A stretch of 64,000 nucleotides of DNA from Pseudogymnoascus verrucosus (Eukaryota). The stretch lies in the NCBI GenBank assembly GCA_001662655.1, contig KV460212.1, one strand, 5' to 3'. Positions 9,368 through 19,800 of this stretch are shown piece by piece; the stretch's first letter is position 1; every line of letters begins with the position of its first letter. Made by a program: the position numbers and the translations under genes. A model generated the notes under the pieces. The model did not search any database and had not been told where the DNA came from. It saw only the letters and a program-made list of their open reading frames with translations.

Positions 9368-11980
9368 TCAGCCAATCTCATCAGGTCTCCAATCAAACAG
9401 ATCAAACGCCTCGCGACTCCACGGTCCAGAATCACTGCGCACTGGAGGAACCCCGCTCTCCGCCACCTTCCCCGCGCTCTTGCGCGCAATCGGCGGTCTT
9501 CGTCGCAATGAGACATCCTCCAGCGGCTGCGCCTTCGCAGAGACAAACCGCGGCGTTTCAACGTCCTGTGCAGCAACCCTATGCTGCGCCATGCCCCCCA
9601 TGCCCCAACTGACGTCGCTTACTTCACGTCTCTGTGGCACCTGGACTGGGAGGGTTTGAATCACAACCGGCTCTTTGGGAGCACCTACCCAGCCTACGAC
9701 TATCTTGCTACGAGCTGTTTTGCTGGTCTTGAGTAGTTGGGGTTTTGTAATCTGGGTTCTTTTGGGAGGAGCATCCACGGGAAGATCCTTCGGCGAAGAT
9801 GTGGTCGCCGTTAACGTATTAGTTGCAATTGGAGAGACCTCCGACCGTCTCCTGCCACTCGTCCTGGTCTGAGGAACTTTCGCGTCTGCTGTCCTAGTCT
9901 GGGGAGCTGTCACTTCTGCTGTCCTAGTTTGGGGAACCTTAGTTTCTGCCGTCGTCTCTGGTACCATTGGAGCATATGGCTTAATGGAAGTAGTTTCTAA
10001 TGCCACACCCTCTCTCGATGCGAGTCTATCAGCGACACTTCTCAGCAGTTCGAAGGCTGGCTCCGAGGATTGAGGTGCTGGTTCCGGCGATCGACGTGAG
10101 ATTCGACTCGTAGTGCCTTTGGTTGGAAGAGGGAGAAGCTCTTCAGCCACAGTCGGGTGATCCTGATGTGCCCTTCGTTCCGATTGTGGCTGCCGAGATG
10201 GGGGTTCTTTGGAGACTTTGGGGACTGACATATCTGGCTTGGGTGGTAAAGAGTCGACAACTTTACCGGCAAAGCCTCTAATATCGTCAAATGCATCGTC
10301 AGCTTCAGATGCAACATCGTCATCCTGTTCAACAGCAGCTTTACGTCTCACAGCCCGTGATCTCAGCTGTTCTTTCTGTTGTGCATGGAATTTATCCAAT
10401 TTCTTCGTTGCCTGTGACTGCTCTGGAACAACATCTTCCGCTGGCGAAATTGGCCTGGGGTTGGTCTGAGCGGGAGATGGTTGTGGCTGTCTGCTATCAT
10501 TTAAAACCAACATCTTCCTTTTTGGTCTGGATTTGAGACGAATGGAGCCGACTGTCTCAGGCGGGCCATTCGTCACATCTGGGTCAGGCTCGGAAGCTTT
10601 GATAGGCACTATAGGTACTGGCCTCCGAGGTTCTTTTGGCGGAGGCACTTCGGGAGATGGGGAGATATTTATCGCATGCAGGCCGTCGTCGCCTTCGAGA
10701 ACAGCATTATTGTTGCTTATTGGAGAATGTTGGGGACGACAGGCCTGTTCTATGTCGTCCATGTCGATGAAGTCGTCATCAATAGCTGCGAACTCATCAG
10801 AGGCGTTAACACTATCTTGTTGCTGTGCTGTGCCAGACATGGTCTGCCCCGCTTTGGTAGCACCGACTGACGAATTTCTGTCTGGAGCTTTATCGAGATG
10901 TCCCGCGCTCTTGGCTTTCACTTGATATTTACTTTGCTTTTCAACGACGGGCGTTTGCAACACGTTTGGCCGGACCGTTTCATTTCTAGACCGCTGATGC
11001 CTTCCTCTATCGTGGATGCTCTCCGAAGGTGCTCCCCTCTCCACGTTTCGTGTGGGTGGGAGATGGCGCAGAAAAGCATTCGTATTTTGAGTTGACGATA
11101 GGTCTAAAACAGCTCCGGTCAAGGTTTGGGCAAAGCCAGACTTAACCTTCTTTTCCGGCGGCTGCCATTGTCTTCGTTCCTGTCTAGGCGGTTCCTGAAA
11201 TTCCTTCGAAACAAGGTTTATTTCATGGGATTCTTCTTTCGAACCCTCAACTCCCTCCTGTCGTCTCGAAGTCCTGGACCATAGCGGCTCCCGCCGAAGA
11301 GGAGCAGTACTGTGGGGCGTCGAAGATAGGTCGAGCATGGCTCCCGTTAAATTCTGCGCATAGCCTGCTTTCGAATACGTAGACTCGGCTTTCCTACGCT
11401 TGGATGGCCGTTCCTGTGTGTCTCTCTCTTGACGTTGTTCTTTTTGCCTGTCTTCGAACGGCGAAGTAGTCGGAAGCAATGCTCTTCCATGGTGGCCAGT
11501 TGGGGTCCCGAGCAGAGCGCTTAGCGGTTTCTGCGATAGTTTAGAGTAGCCGGTGGGTTGTCTTGCGATCCGTAAGTTGTCAAACGGCACCTCAGCTGGC
11601 GATGAACTTGGTCTTCTCACTGCCGCCCTCTCTTCCCTCTGCTTTGTGCGATGGTCTAGTAGCTCGGTCAAATCTTGATCCCTACTCCCCAAACAATCTG
11701 CAACTTGAACCAGTATCGCGGCCCGATCCAGCTCTAGCTCCTCGCCCTCATCAATATGGTAGTCGTGCCAGTGCGTATCGCCCACAAAGTTCAGTCTTTC
11801 GTCATACACCATCACCCGTTTGTTGAATGTGTGAAATTTGAGGCGACCATCTTGCCAGCGTTTTTGCTTTCGTCGGATATCTGACGTGAATAGGCAGCGA
11901 AACTCAATCACGGGCGCAGTGTTCTGTGTGAGGGGTATTGCTGTGGGCGCCGCGGGGGTGTGCTGGACAAGCGATGCCAT
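9368..11980 (-). CDS. DUF2439-domain protein (Mte1/Dbl2/ZGRF1 N-terminal-like; DNA repair), 870 aa
   Basis: N-terminal EFRCLFTSDIRRKQKRWQDGRLKFHTFNKRVMVYDE...GEELELDRAAILVQV, then a long disordered tail ending GPWSREAFDLFDWRP. Confidence 0.85.
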   Translation of the reverse strand: MASLVQHTPAAPTAIPLTQNTAPVIEFRCLFTSDIRRKQKRWQDGRLKFHTFNKRVMVYDERLNFVGDTHWHDYHIDEGEELELDRAAILVQVADCLGSRDQDLTELLDHRTKQREERAAVRRPSSSPAEVPFDNLRIARQPTGYSKLSQKPLSALLGTPTGHHGRALLPTTSPFEDRQKEQRQERDTQERPSKRRKAESTYSKAGYAQNLTGAMLDLSSTPHSTAPLRREPLWSRTSRRQEGVEGSKEESHEINLVSKEFQEPPRQERRQWQPPEKKVKSGFAQTLTGAVLDLSSTQNTNAFLRHLPPTRNVERGAPSESIHDRGRHQRSRNETVRPNVLQTPVVEKQSKYQVKAKSAGHLDKAPDRNSSVGATKAGQTMSGTAQQQDSVNASDEFAAIDDDFIDMDDIEQACRPQHSPISNNNAVLEGDDGLHAINISPSPEVPPPKEPRRPVPIVPIKASEPDPDVTNGPPETVGSIRLKSRPKRKMLVLNDSRQPQPSPAQTNPRPISPAEDVVPEQSQATKKLDKFHAQQKEQLRSRAVRRKAAVEQDDDVASEADDAFDDIRGFAGKVVDSLPPKPDMSVPKVSKEPPSRQPQSERRAHQDHPTVAEELLPLPTKGTTSRISRRSPEPAPQSSEPAFELLRSVADRLASREGVALETTSIKPYAPMVPETTAETKVPQTRTAEVTAPQTRTADAKVPQTRTSGRRRSEVSPIATNTLTATTSSPKDLPVDAPPKRTQITKPQLLKTSKTARSKIVVGWVGAPKEPVVIQTLPVQVPQRREVSDVSWGMGGMAQHRVAAQDVETPRFVSAKAQPLEDVSLRRRPPIARKSAGKVAESGVPPVRSDSGPWSREAFDLFDWRPDEIG

Positions 11981-12148
11981 AGCTTTGCAGGATTTTGCCC
12001 GACAGCATCAATTTCGAGGGTAATATATTAAAGAACGCATTTCCATTTCATGACTTCGTAAGCTGCGGTTGTTCGTTGTGGCCTGCAAATAAAACAATGC
12101 AGTGGAGTTGTCCTGGACCCGCGACGATATACCACTTGCACTCTAAAT

Positions 12149-12169
12149 TACGCGTTTCCAACGCGAATG
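12149..12169. promoter_or_regulatory. Paired MCB-like elements (ACGCGT, ACGCGA) upstream of the DUF2439 gene
   Basis: TTACGCGTTTCCAACGCGAAT lies ~170-190 nt upstream of the ATG of a probable DNA-repair gene. MBF-type regulation is inferred. Confidence 0.4.
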
Positions 12170-12364
12170 CACGTGACACATCAAATGAGAAATACGATAT
12201 TGAGGCCAACGAATTTATCACCAGAAATTCCTCATAGTACAGATATCTACGTGTACATTTGCCTATTGTTCTAATTCAACTAACCGAGCTATGTCTATCT
12301 TCTTCCGCTGCAGATCACATTCTCAAAACCAGCCTCTGCGACATGCCTATTACGCCTCCTCAGT

Positions 12365-13033
12365 CTACATCATGCCGCATCCACCCATCCCATATGACCC
12401 ATAATACTCTCTGCCACGCCTTCCACCCGCTCTCTTCCGTGGTCCTCTAGACTTTGTTCCAGCCATTGGCCCAGTCTCCCGCTTCATTGTGAACTCCTCT
12501 ACGTTTTCCACGGTTTCAACCATCACTGGCGGCCAGAGATAGTCATAGTAGCTCGGCGTGTAGTAACCAGTCGATGACATATCAACCGCACAACAGCCGC
12601 CGCCGCAACTGTCAAAATCTTGATAGCTGCAACCATATTGCTGCGCGTATTGTCTAGGGGGTTCCGGGTACGGGCTCCCATACTGCTCGTACTGCTGAGG
12701 ATATCCATAAGAATGGCCATATGATGAGTAGCCGTCAAAGTCTTGTCCAAAGCTTGGATATCCATATGAACCTGTGCCATCGACGAAGGAGTGGTAGGCG
12801 TTTGCTTGGTAGTTGGCGTCGTCACCGAAGGATTGGTAGGCATTCGAATGGAAGTTGGTCTCGTCGCCGTAGGATAGATTGATATTCGAGTGGGAGTCTG
12901 AGCCGTCACCATACGACCTACGGGCATTTGAATAATAGCCAGTATTGTAGGGTTCGAAACTTTCGTATTCTTGTTGTGATAGATTCGGATCGCATGCACA
13001 GCTGGCCCCATGAGGTTGAAAATGGCAAGACAT
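12365..13033 (-). CDS. Hypothetical Tyr/Gly/Ser/Gln-rich low-complexity protein, ~222 aa
   Basis: Open frame from the ATG at 13033. Internal ~14-aa repeats (SYGDGSDSHSNINL / SYGDETNFHSNAYQ / SFGDDANYQANAYH). Confidence 0.55.
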   Translation of the reverse strand: MSCHFQPHGASCACDPNLSQQEYESFEPYNTGYYSNARRSYGDGSDSHSNINLSYGDETNFHSNAYQSFGDDANYQANAYHSFVDGTGSYGYPSFGQDFDGYSSYGHSYGYPQQYEQYGSPYPEPPRQYAQQYGCSYQDFDSCGGGCCAVDMSSTGYYTPSYYDYLWPPVMVETVENVEEFTMKRETGPMAGTKSRGPRKRAGGRRGREYYGSYGMGGCGMM

Positions 13034-13936
13034 TGCGGTACAGAGATATGTTGAGGGGCAATGCACAGTTGGCTGGAACGGAGTGGATCTGACCTTGGTA
13101 ATCTGTGATGAGTACTGGATATTTGCCAGATTGGAATCTGGAGGAGATGTGGTGGGCTTTAATGGAAGTGAAGGCCTGGCTTGCTTCTATGATGGGTGAC
13201 GGGCATGGCATTTTTGTAATCCGTGCTGGTAAGGCAACTGCAACAGTTTGATGTGGAAATATCATGATGTGACTCTGTTGCCATAGACACTCCAAACTTT
13301 GGTCCTACCCGGCGTGTGGTCAGTTTCAAGCGGATTATTTGCGTCAACGACCACAAACATATTGGTATTTCTCAAAAGACTCATAAAGCAGCGAAGTTGG
13401 AGAGGCGTTTGGAATATTTGAATTGGCACATGTTAAACTGAAAACCTGCGGCATGTAGGAAATCATGACTATGTTTTGCAAGACCCTATGGCTCTGGATC
13501 TTATACCTATTTCCAAGGCTAATCTTCCTGTATGCCCCACTAAACAACGAGAACCTGAAATTCTAAAGAGTGCCGTTTCTTGAATATTGTTGAGTTTCTC
13601 ATCCAGCCTCGAGAAGATATTGAGGGGCCTTACAGTTATTACGCATCATCCTTGAGTTTGCCATGTTCACCCCTCAGGTCTCCCGATGCTATGCCTTGGC
13701 GCCATTTCGAAACCACCGTCCTATCCTTTTGAATATGGATTGATTTTTCGTGTGCTCGTTTCATCATGCAACCCAGACACCCTGACCTGTATTCCCACAC
13801 TTATATGACCCTCTGTTGGCGCGTGTCTGTCGAAGCTTAAGCAGAAAATGGACGTTTCCACAACAGAATACTGCGAACCTTTAAAAGTTCCAGACCCTAT
13901 CCCATCAAACAGATGAAGTTTCTGCTTGTTCGCCGC

Positions 13937-14537
13937 CTAGTACCTATAACGCGTGGAGTAGTCTTTCGGGCTGACCACCAATCCTCGACCCTTCTTGGCT
14001 CCCCGGTAGATGGTCTCTATGATGTCGATGAGCTCCTGCTTATCCTCAAGCACCCAGTTGAGTTTGTTGTTGTTTCCCGTCCCAAAATCACACATCATAT
14101 GTTTGTTTCGGAAGAAAAACATGATTGTCATTGGGTCGTATAGCTCTGTAAAGGCACTTGTCAGCTGTGAAAGTCTACAGCACAAGAGCTCATAAGGGCT
14201 ACCCACCATACATCTGCTTGAAGTCGGGCACTTCTTCTAAAAAACACACCTGAGTTAGATTATATCTGCATGTCAAGTTGGAGACACTTACCCAAGTCGC
14301 AAACTGTAATATGGTTAGCAAATCTCAGCGAGTGCGATAGTATTGAAGTGACTGACCATAGACGACAGCAAAGTTCTTCACTCGGTCTGCAATCTTAAAT
14401 AGCACTTCATCTTGCCGCATGCAATCCTCGGAGTAGTCACGCCCAAAGCGGATGACGACGAGACGTTCGTCCTCGTTCATGATAGCTTGGTCGACATGCC
14501 ACCCAGTGCGCAAGTGGGGAAGTACGACGGAACCCAT
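13937..14537 (-). CDS. DIB1: U5 snRNP Dim1/U5-15K thioredoxin-like protein; exons 14537-14357, 14303-14292, 14236-14207, 14145-13937
   Basis: MGSVVLPHLRTGWHVDQAIM...VKNFAVVY|VCDL|EEVPDFKQMY|ELYDPMTIMFFFRNKHMMCDFGTGNNNK...KDYSTRYRY*. All junctions are in phase. Confidence 0.96.
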
Positions 14538-14906
14538 GGCAAGCTGTGGGGTGGTTTGGGATTTTAAAGTTCGTTGGTAGGATCTGAAATATAATACAGC
14601 GTAGCTGTGATGCTGAAGTGGACTCGAAGTCTTTAATTTGGATAGGTGGCGGGCTGTTGTGAGGTGAGAAGTTGGTTTGCCAGCGGCGTTATCGTCACCG
14701 CCTTTGGATTTCGCTGCCACCTGAGGGGCAGACACGTGATCACGCGTTGGTAGTGGGCGTTCAACGTGATGCTTCGACCGCGATTTCTCACCACATGAAT
14801 CACCGATGAATTAACACCATTATTTTTCACATTATAAAATTGAGGGCGAGAAATATAATATATAATTCTTGGTTTGTCTACATATGTATTCATCGACTGC
14901 AATAAT

Positions 14907-15566
14907 TCAACTTGCCGCCGAGTGAGATGGACGGAGGTCTTTGTAGAAGAACGTCTCACTCTTCAACACGAGTCCATCAGGACTCACCGAGTAATCCGGA
15001 ATTGTGCCATACTCGACATATCCAAGCTTGGGATACACCTTCTCGGCCTTACTCCCCTTCTCAGTATCAAGCAGCTTTATCCTATCAGTATACTGCAAAT
15101 CTGTGATAGCCAGAGGACTTACCAAAATCCATTTCCCCTTCTCAATTGCAATCCTCTCCAGTTCGTCCATCAGCCGCCGTGCAATACCCCGCTGTCGAAG
15201 GCGTCCGTCAACCATCAACTTCTCCACCCACGCCCGATGATTCCCCGTCTGACTCCATGGAAGTAACAAACTTGCTACACCGCTGATGGCGCCGTCCTCC
15301 GCTAGGTATACGATCACTTTTTCCCCAGTCTCCGGTGTGCCAGATCGACATTGCTGGATCAGCCCTAGCCAAAAATCTCTCATCTTGTTGTCATCGAGGG
15401 GAGGTAGGAATGTTGCGATCGTGGCATCCTCCATGATGCATCTTCGATGAAGCGCCGTGAATCCAGTGACCAATTCATTTCTGGATGCGTCGTCGATACT
15501 CGGCGCCGTGGACGAGATGATCGAGAGTGGTTCTGTTCGATGCATAGAGACGGTAGATTTCATCAT
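14907..15566 (-). CDS. GNAT-family acetyltransferase; probable intron 15122-15075
   Basis: Acetyl-CoA motif VEKLMVDGRLRQRGIARRLM, then L|LLDTEKGSKAEKVYPKLGY. The 48-nt in-frame intron reads GTAAGT..TACTGAT..AAG. Confidence 0.85.
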   Translation of the reverse strand: MMKSTVSMHRTEPLSIISSTAPSIDDASRNELVTGFTALHRRCIMEDATIATFLPPLDDNKMRDFWLGLIQQCRSGTPETGEKVIVYLAEDGAISGVASLLLPWSQTGNHRAWVEKLMVDGRLRQRGIARRLMDELERIAIEKGKWILVSPLAITDLQYTDRIKLLDTEKGSKAEKVYPKLGYVEYGTIPDYSVSPDGLVLKSETFFYKDLRPSHSAAS

Positions 15567-16037
15567 TCTTGCGTATTATCAAAGTATGTGTAATGAATGG
15601 AGAGGCAGAATGTAAATAAATGCCGTATATACCATATCTAGGCAGCAGGGTCGAAATTACCCCACCCTCTGCTACTAGAGTTCTTGAAAAAAGTTGGACG
15701 CTTGAAAACCCCGCGTGTATTTGTAAGACCGATCAACACCCCTGCGACGCCGCCGATTTAAAAATGTCACACGAGGAAGATGTAGTTCAACAAAATCTTG
15801 GTTTGCCTCTATCCTGGGTATATTATAGGCATATTATGGATATTTCCTGCTTGGAGCCATAAATGATGGAGCAGGGTTTGGCTTATCAGCCACCTCAAGG
15901 CCGCTGTGGCACTCTGGGGATTCAATAACAGAGACATTCCGTCTCGTTTCCTAATAGACAGGCTCGCTCGTTCTCGGCGTGCCTTCGCTGCTCTGGATCT
16001 CGGCGGTATGCAGACAATGTCATGTCCGTGTCCCTCT

Positions 16038-16455
16038 TCAAATGATGCCGTCATGCTCTCCCTTCAATCTCTTGACTCGTTTTTGCTCCCAATCATCCAG
16101 GTCCTTCGCGGCCAATTTCTGTAAACGAATCAGTATGAGCTTCTGACTAGCAATTCTTCCTTCTAAGGGCATCCTTTGGGAACCTTACATAGTACTCCTC
16201 CTTCATATCGACTTTCCTTGCATTCTTCCCAATTCCCAACTCCTCATCCTTGGTAACCCTCTGCACTCGTCTATCGTGTTTCTCGTATCTGATCGCCGTA
16301 GCGGGGGTCAAAAAGAATGACCCAGCGACCATGGTTGCTATGAAAGGGAGTCCAAAGAGCGCAAATGGGTGCTTTGCCAGGGCACTCCGGTACCTGGCTG
16401 CGATTGTGTTTGCTTGGGCTGAGGGTCGGAACTTCTTAGACTGGAAGATGGCCAT
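16038..16455 (-). CDS. COX16: Cytochrome c oxidase assembly protein Cox16; exons 16455-16189, 16118-16038
   Basis: KHPFALFGLPFIATMVAGSFFLTPATAIRYEKHD...DMKEEYY|KLAAKDLDDWEQKRVKRLKGEHDGII*. Confidence 0.93.
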
Positions 16456-16838
16456 TTTGCCGACTTGCCAATATGAAACCTCTTTATGGCGCGGACTGAT
16501 ATGCAGGAAAGCGATAATTGGAAATGTCAATGGGAGAGAGATAGATATTATCGCCGTCAAGGTCCGGCCTCAATGGAAAAGTCGCCGCACAGACCAAGTC
16601 CTTCAACTCCGAGGCCATTAAAATCACGTGCTTTCGCGACTCTCTGAGAGCACGTCCGCGTCCCCCACATATGACAAGCAACGACAGGTGAAGAACCCAT
16701 AACAGCTTTTTTGGTAGTATTACACGACACAGCCTGACCAACGGCACCAACCAGTCGTTTCCCCAATGGATCTTGGGCCGTTATCGATATTGGGGTCTCC
16801 TATCCCGCGTCTGTTTTAGAGCCCGGGAAAAATATATC

Positions 16839-19800
16839 ATGGGGAACCCATCACGAATGCCGCCAGGACAGCACGCTACAAATGGCGACAGTATCGACAC
16901 TGGCCCAGGTGCCTTCGAACCGCCTCCCTCGACTCTTGCTGCTAAACTTGTCAACAAACTCTCGGGGAGTCATAAACCCTCCCTCCAAGGCTCCCAAGAC
17001 AGTTTCGGACTTCTCGTCTCTGAAGTCTCCAAGTTCGACAAAACTCGAAATGAGCATACATCGCCCGAAGAGATCAGAGAAAACAACTATCGGGTTGTAT
17101 ACGTGCTGACAAAAGCACGCTTGGGTCCAGTATGCAGCGATGAAAGCGATCCGTTTGCGAAGAAGGAGAGGGTCCTTGACGATGCTGCCCAAGTTCTCGA
17201 CTTGTTCATTACATCTATAAAAGAGACGCCGGAAATCCTCACAAAGGTTGGGGCACAGAATGACTTGGTCCGGACGGGGAGAGGGGTGCCTCTATGGATA
17301 TGGTTATGGCCAAGGCTGCTTCGACTTCTTGGAAACGAAGGCTGCGAACCGCTGTGGTCGAAAGTGAAAGAGCTCTTCCATACCGCATTCGATGTGTCTA
17401 GGGCCCTGGATGTTGAGTTTTGGGGAGTCGGTCTGCAATTCCTTAACTATTTGAGACATTGTGCAGATGCTTCGCTGCACAATGTTGCGGCGATTTCGAC
17501 TTCGACTATAGCGCTGCCCCTGGCGACGATCGAGGACGACCTCTCCTTTCAAAGTCGATTGGGGTTTGTCGAGAATGGATGCACATATAATTTACGGAGG
17601 GGGTCAGATTCATTCCACCATACTCAGCAGCTATTGACCCTCGTGGCCGAATTGTCATTATCATCCTTTGTTGACGGCCAGCTTTACGAGAGCACTTCGC
17701 ACAGATACATGGCATGGGTTTTTGATAGTTTTCTCGAGCTTCGAACAACTGCTGCGAGGTCAGCGGCGTACAAAACCGAACAAGATGAGATCCATTCGTG
17801 CTCCATCTCCGTCGATGCAGTCCACAGACTTGTGTCGTCTCAAGCCCAGCACATTGACGCCCCAGCCCACCGCAAAGGCTACCGAGTTTTGGCTCATCTC
17901 TGTTCAGAGCTTGTTGCCTATCCAGCCCCATTTTCTGATGTAATCGATCGAGTCAAATTAGCAGCCATTCTGCTGGATCTGGCGTCGGCCTGTGAAGCTT
18001 CCGGATCTGTATCACAAGTAGTCGCCATTAACCTGCTTCCGGTTTTAGACAAGGCTATTGTGCTTGCAGCTCCCACTGACGACGACTTGAAGGTGAGCCT
18101 ATATGCTAGTTGCAATAATATGATACTAATGTTGGTTTTGTAGAGCTGTATTCTTCTACTACGCCAAAAGTGCCAAAACATACCCCCTCAGACTGCCCCT
18201 ATAACCCTAGAGAACAAGGCACTAGAATTGCAGTTTCGGAGTCTCTGCTTCAAAGATTTACCTAGCGTCGACAATTATAATGATGGTGGCCCTCAAACCA
18301 AGCGTCGCAAAATTGCGCCGCACAGCTTATTAGAAGAAATCACAGAAGAGGCATACATCCTCCTAGGCGCCCAGAAAGCAACGGATTTGGATGGATTGAG
18401 TCATATCGCAGCGTCGGTATTCCTTCCATAAAACTATTTGTATATTCTGACAATGAACAGAGACTGCTTCTCTCACCTCGAAGATACAAATCGCTGCAAA
18501 GCATTGAAACTTTTGGGCATGATACCGTGCGCAAGCGCTCATACCTTGACGGTATTCCGTGACAAGAATGGAGAGTTTGGCGAGCCTGAATGCACCGTAT
18601 GCGGCTCCAGCAGCAAGGCCGAACCCACCATCGACACCGCCAGCGACCGCACCGTCCCTGCTCCGGTATCAGTATCTGAGCCCAACAGCACCGCGCAGGC
18701 TGATCCCATAATACACCAAGGCCCGCAGTCTGCTGATATGGCGAAGGTGGAAGCACAGGCTGTCGCCATATTGTCTGCCCTCCTCAAAGTCGGCGACTTC
18801 GAGTTGTCAAGGAAGCCAAGGATATTGGCAATGGTAGTCGTGCGAAAATTTGCCCTCCATTTCGAAGGGGCTCAGTTCATGGATCTTGAGTCGTCGGTGT
18901 TGGGCCAATGGTGCCTGACTTCACTCCGTAGCTCGGTTCGAGAGCTTCGGATTGCTGCTGGACGAACCGTACCGGCCTTTCTCAGGGATGGAAACAATGT
19001 CGACGTTGAAGTAACGCGAAGAAACAGAGTGAATGCAATCAATATACTGAGGCAGTTCTCTGGAGAAACTCCACCTCACCTTACCGAGACTTGGGTGGTG
19101 ACATGGGGACAAATAGCCAGAGTTTCGAAAGACCGAGAGCTAAACCTGACTCTCTTGAGGCTGATAGAATACTTGGGACATACGAATCAGATAATCTCTG
19201 GACTTGCATTTACCGAAATACTCAGTACCGCAGAAGTGCATGGCGTTCCTGTTGGGCAAATGTTTAGTCCATTTTGGCGCACTATTGCCCATACTGCTGT
19301 TAGTGATTTGCAAAATCGGCCACAGACCGTGCAATTGATGGCAGAATTGCTGTCCATAAGCGTGCCGGAATTTCTGGTAGAAACCCAGGCCTATACTCTT
19401 CCATGGCTAGTCCTGGCTAAGAAAACAGACATCATCACAAAGATATCCCAGGCTCGTGAAGATGATGACCCGAGCAAGGCCATTATTTCGAATATGGTTG
19501 CAATCATGCCTCTCCTACTTGTGCAAGCAGTCCCCGATATTGAGACGTTCATTATGGGACTTCTTCGAGGCGTATCGACAGCATTTGACAAAATTGACCT
19601 TGTACAGTGCCTTGGGATAGGCGCAATAGAGATAGCGGTGGAACTACTGAAGAACGCGGGTGACGAAGATGACAGCAAGAAATCCAGAGTAAGTTCATTA
19701 TTTTATAACCCTAATCGTCACAAAATCCCCTTCTTTCGCCGGCCTGGTTATCGTCGCCTCAACGTATCGCTGACTAGTGATAGCAGGTTCGACACGCTCT

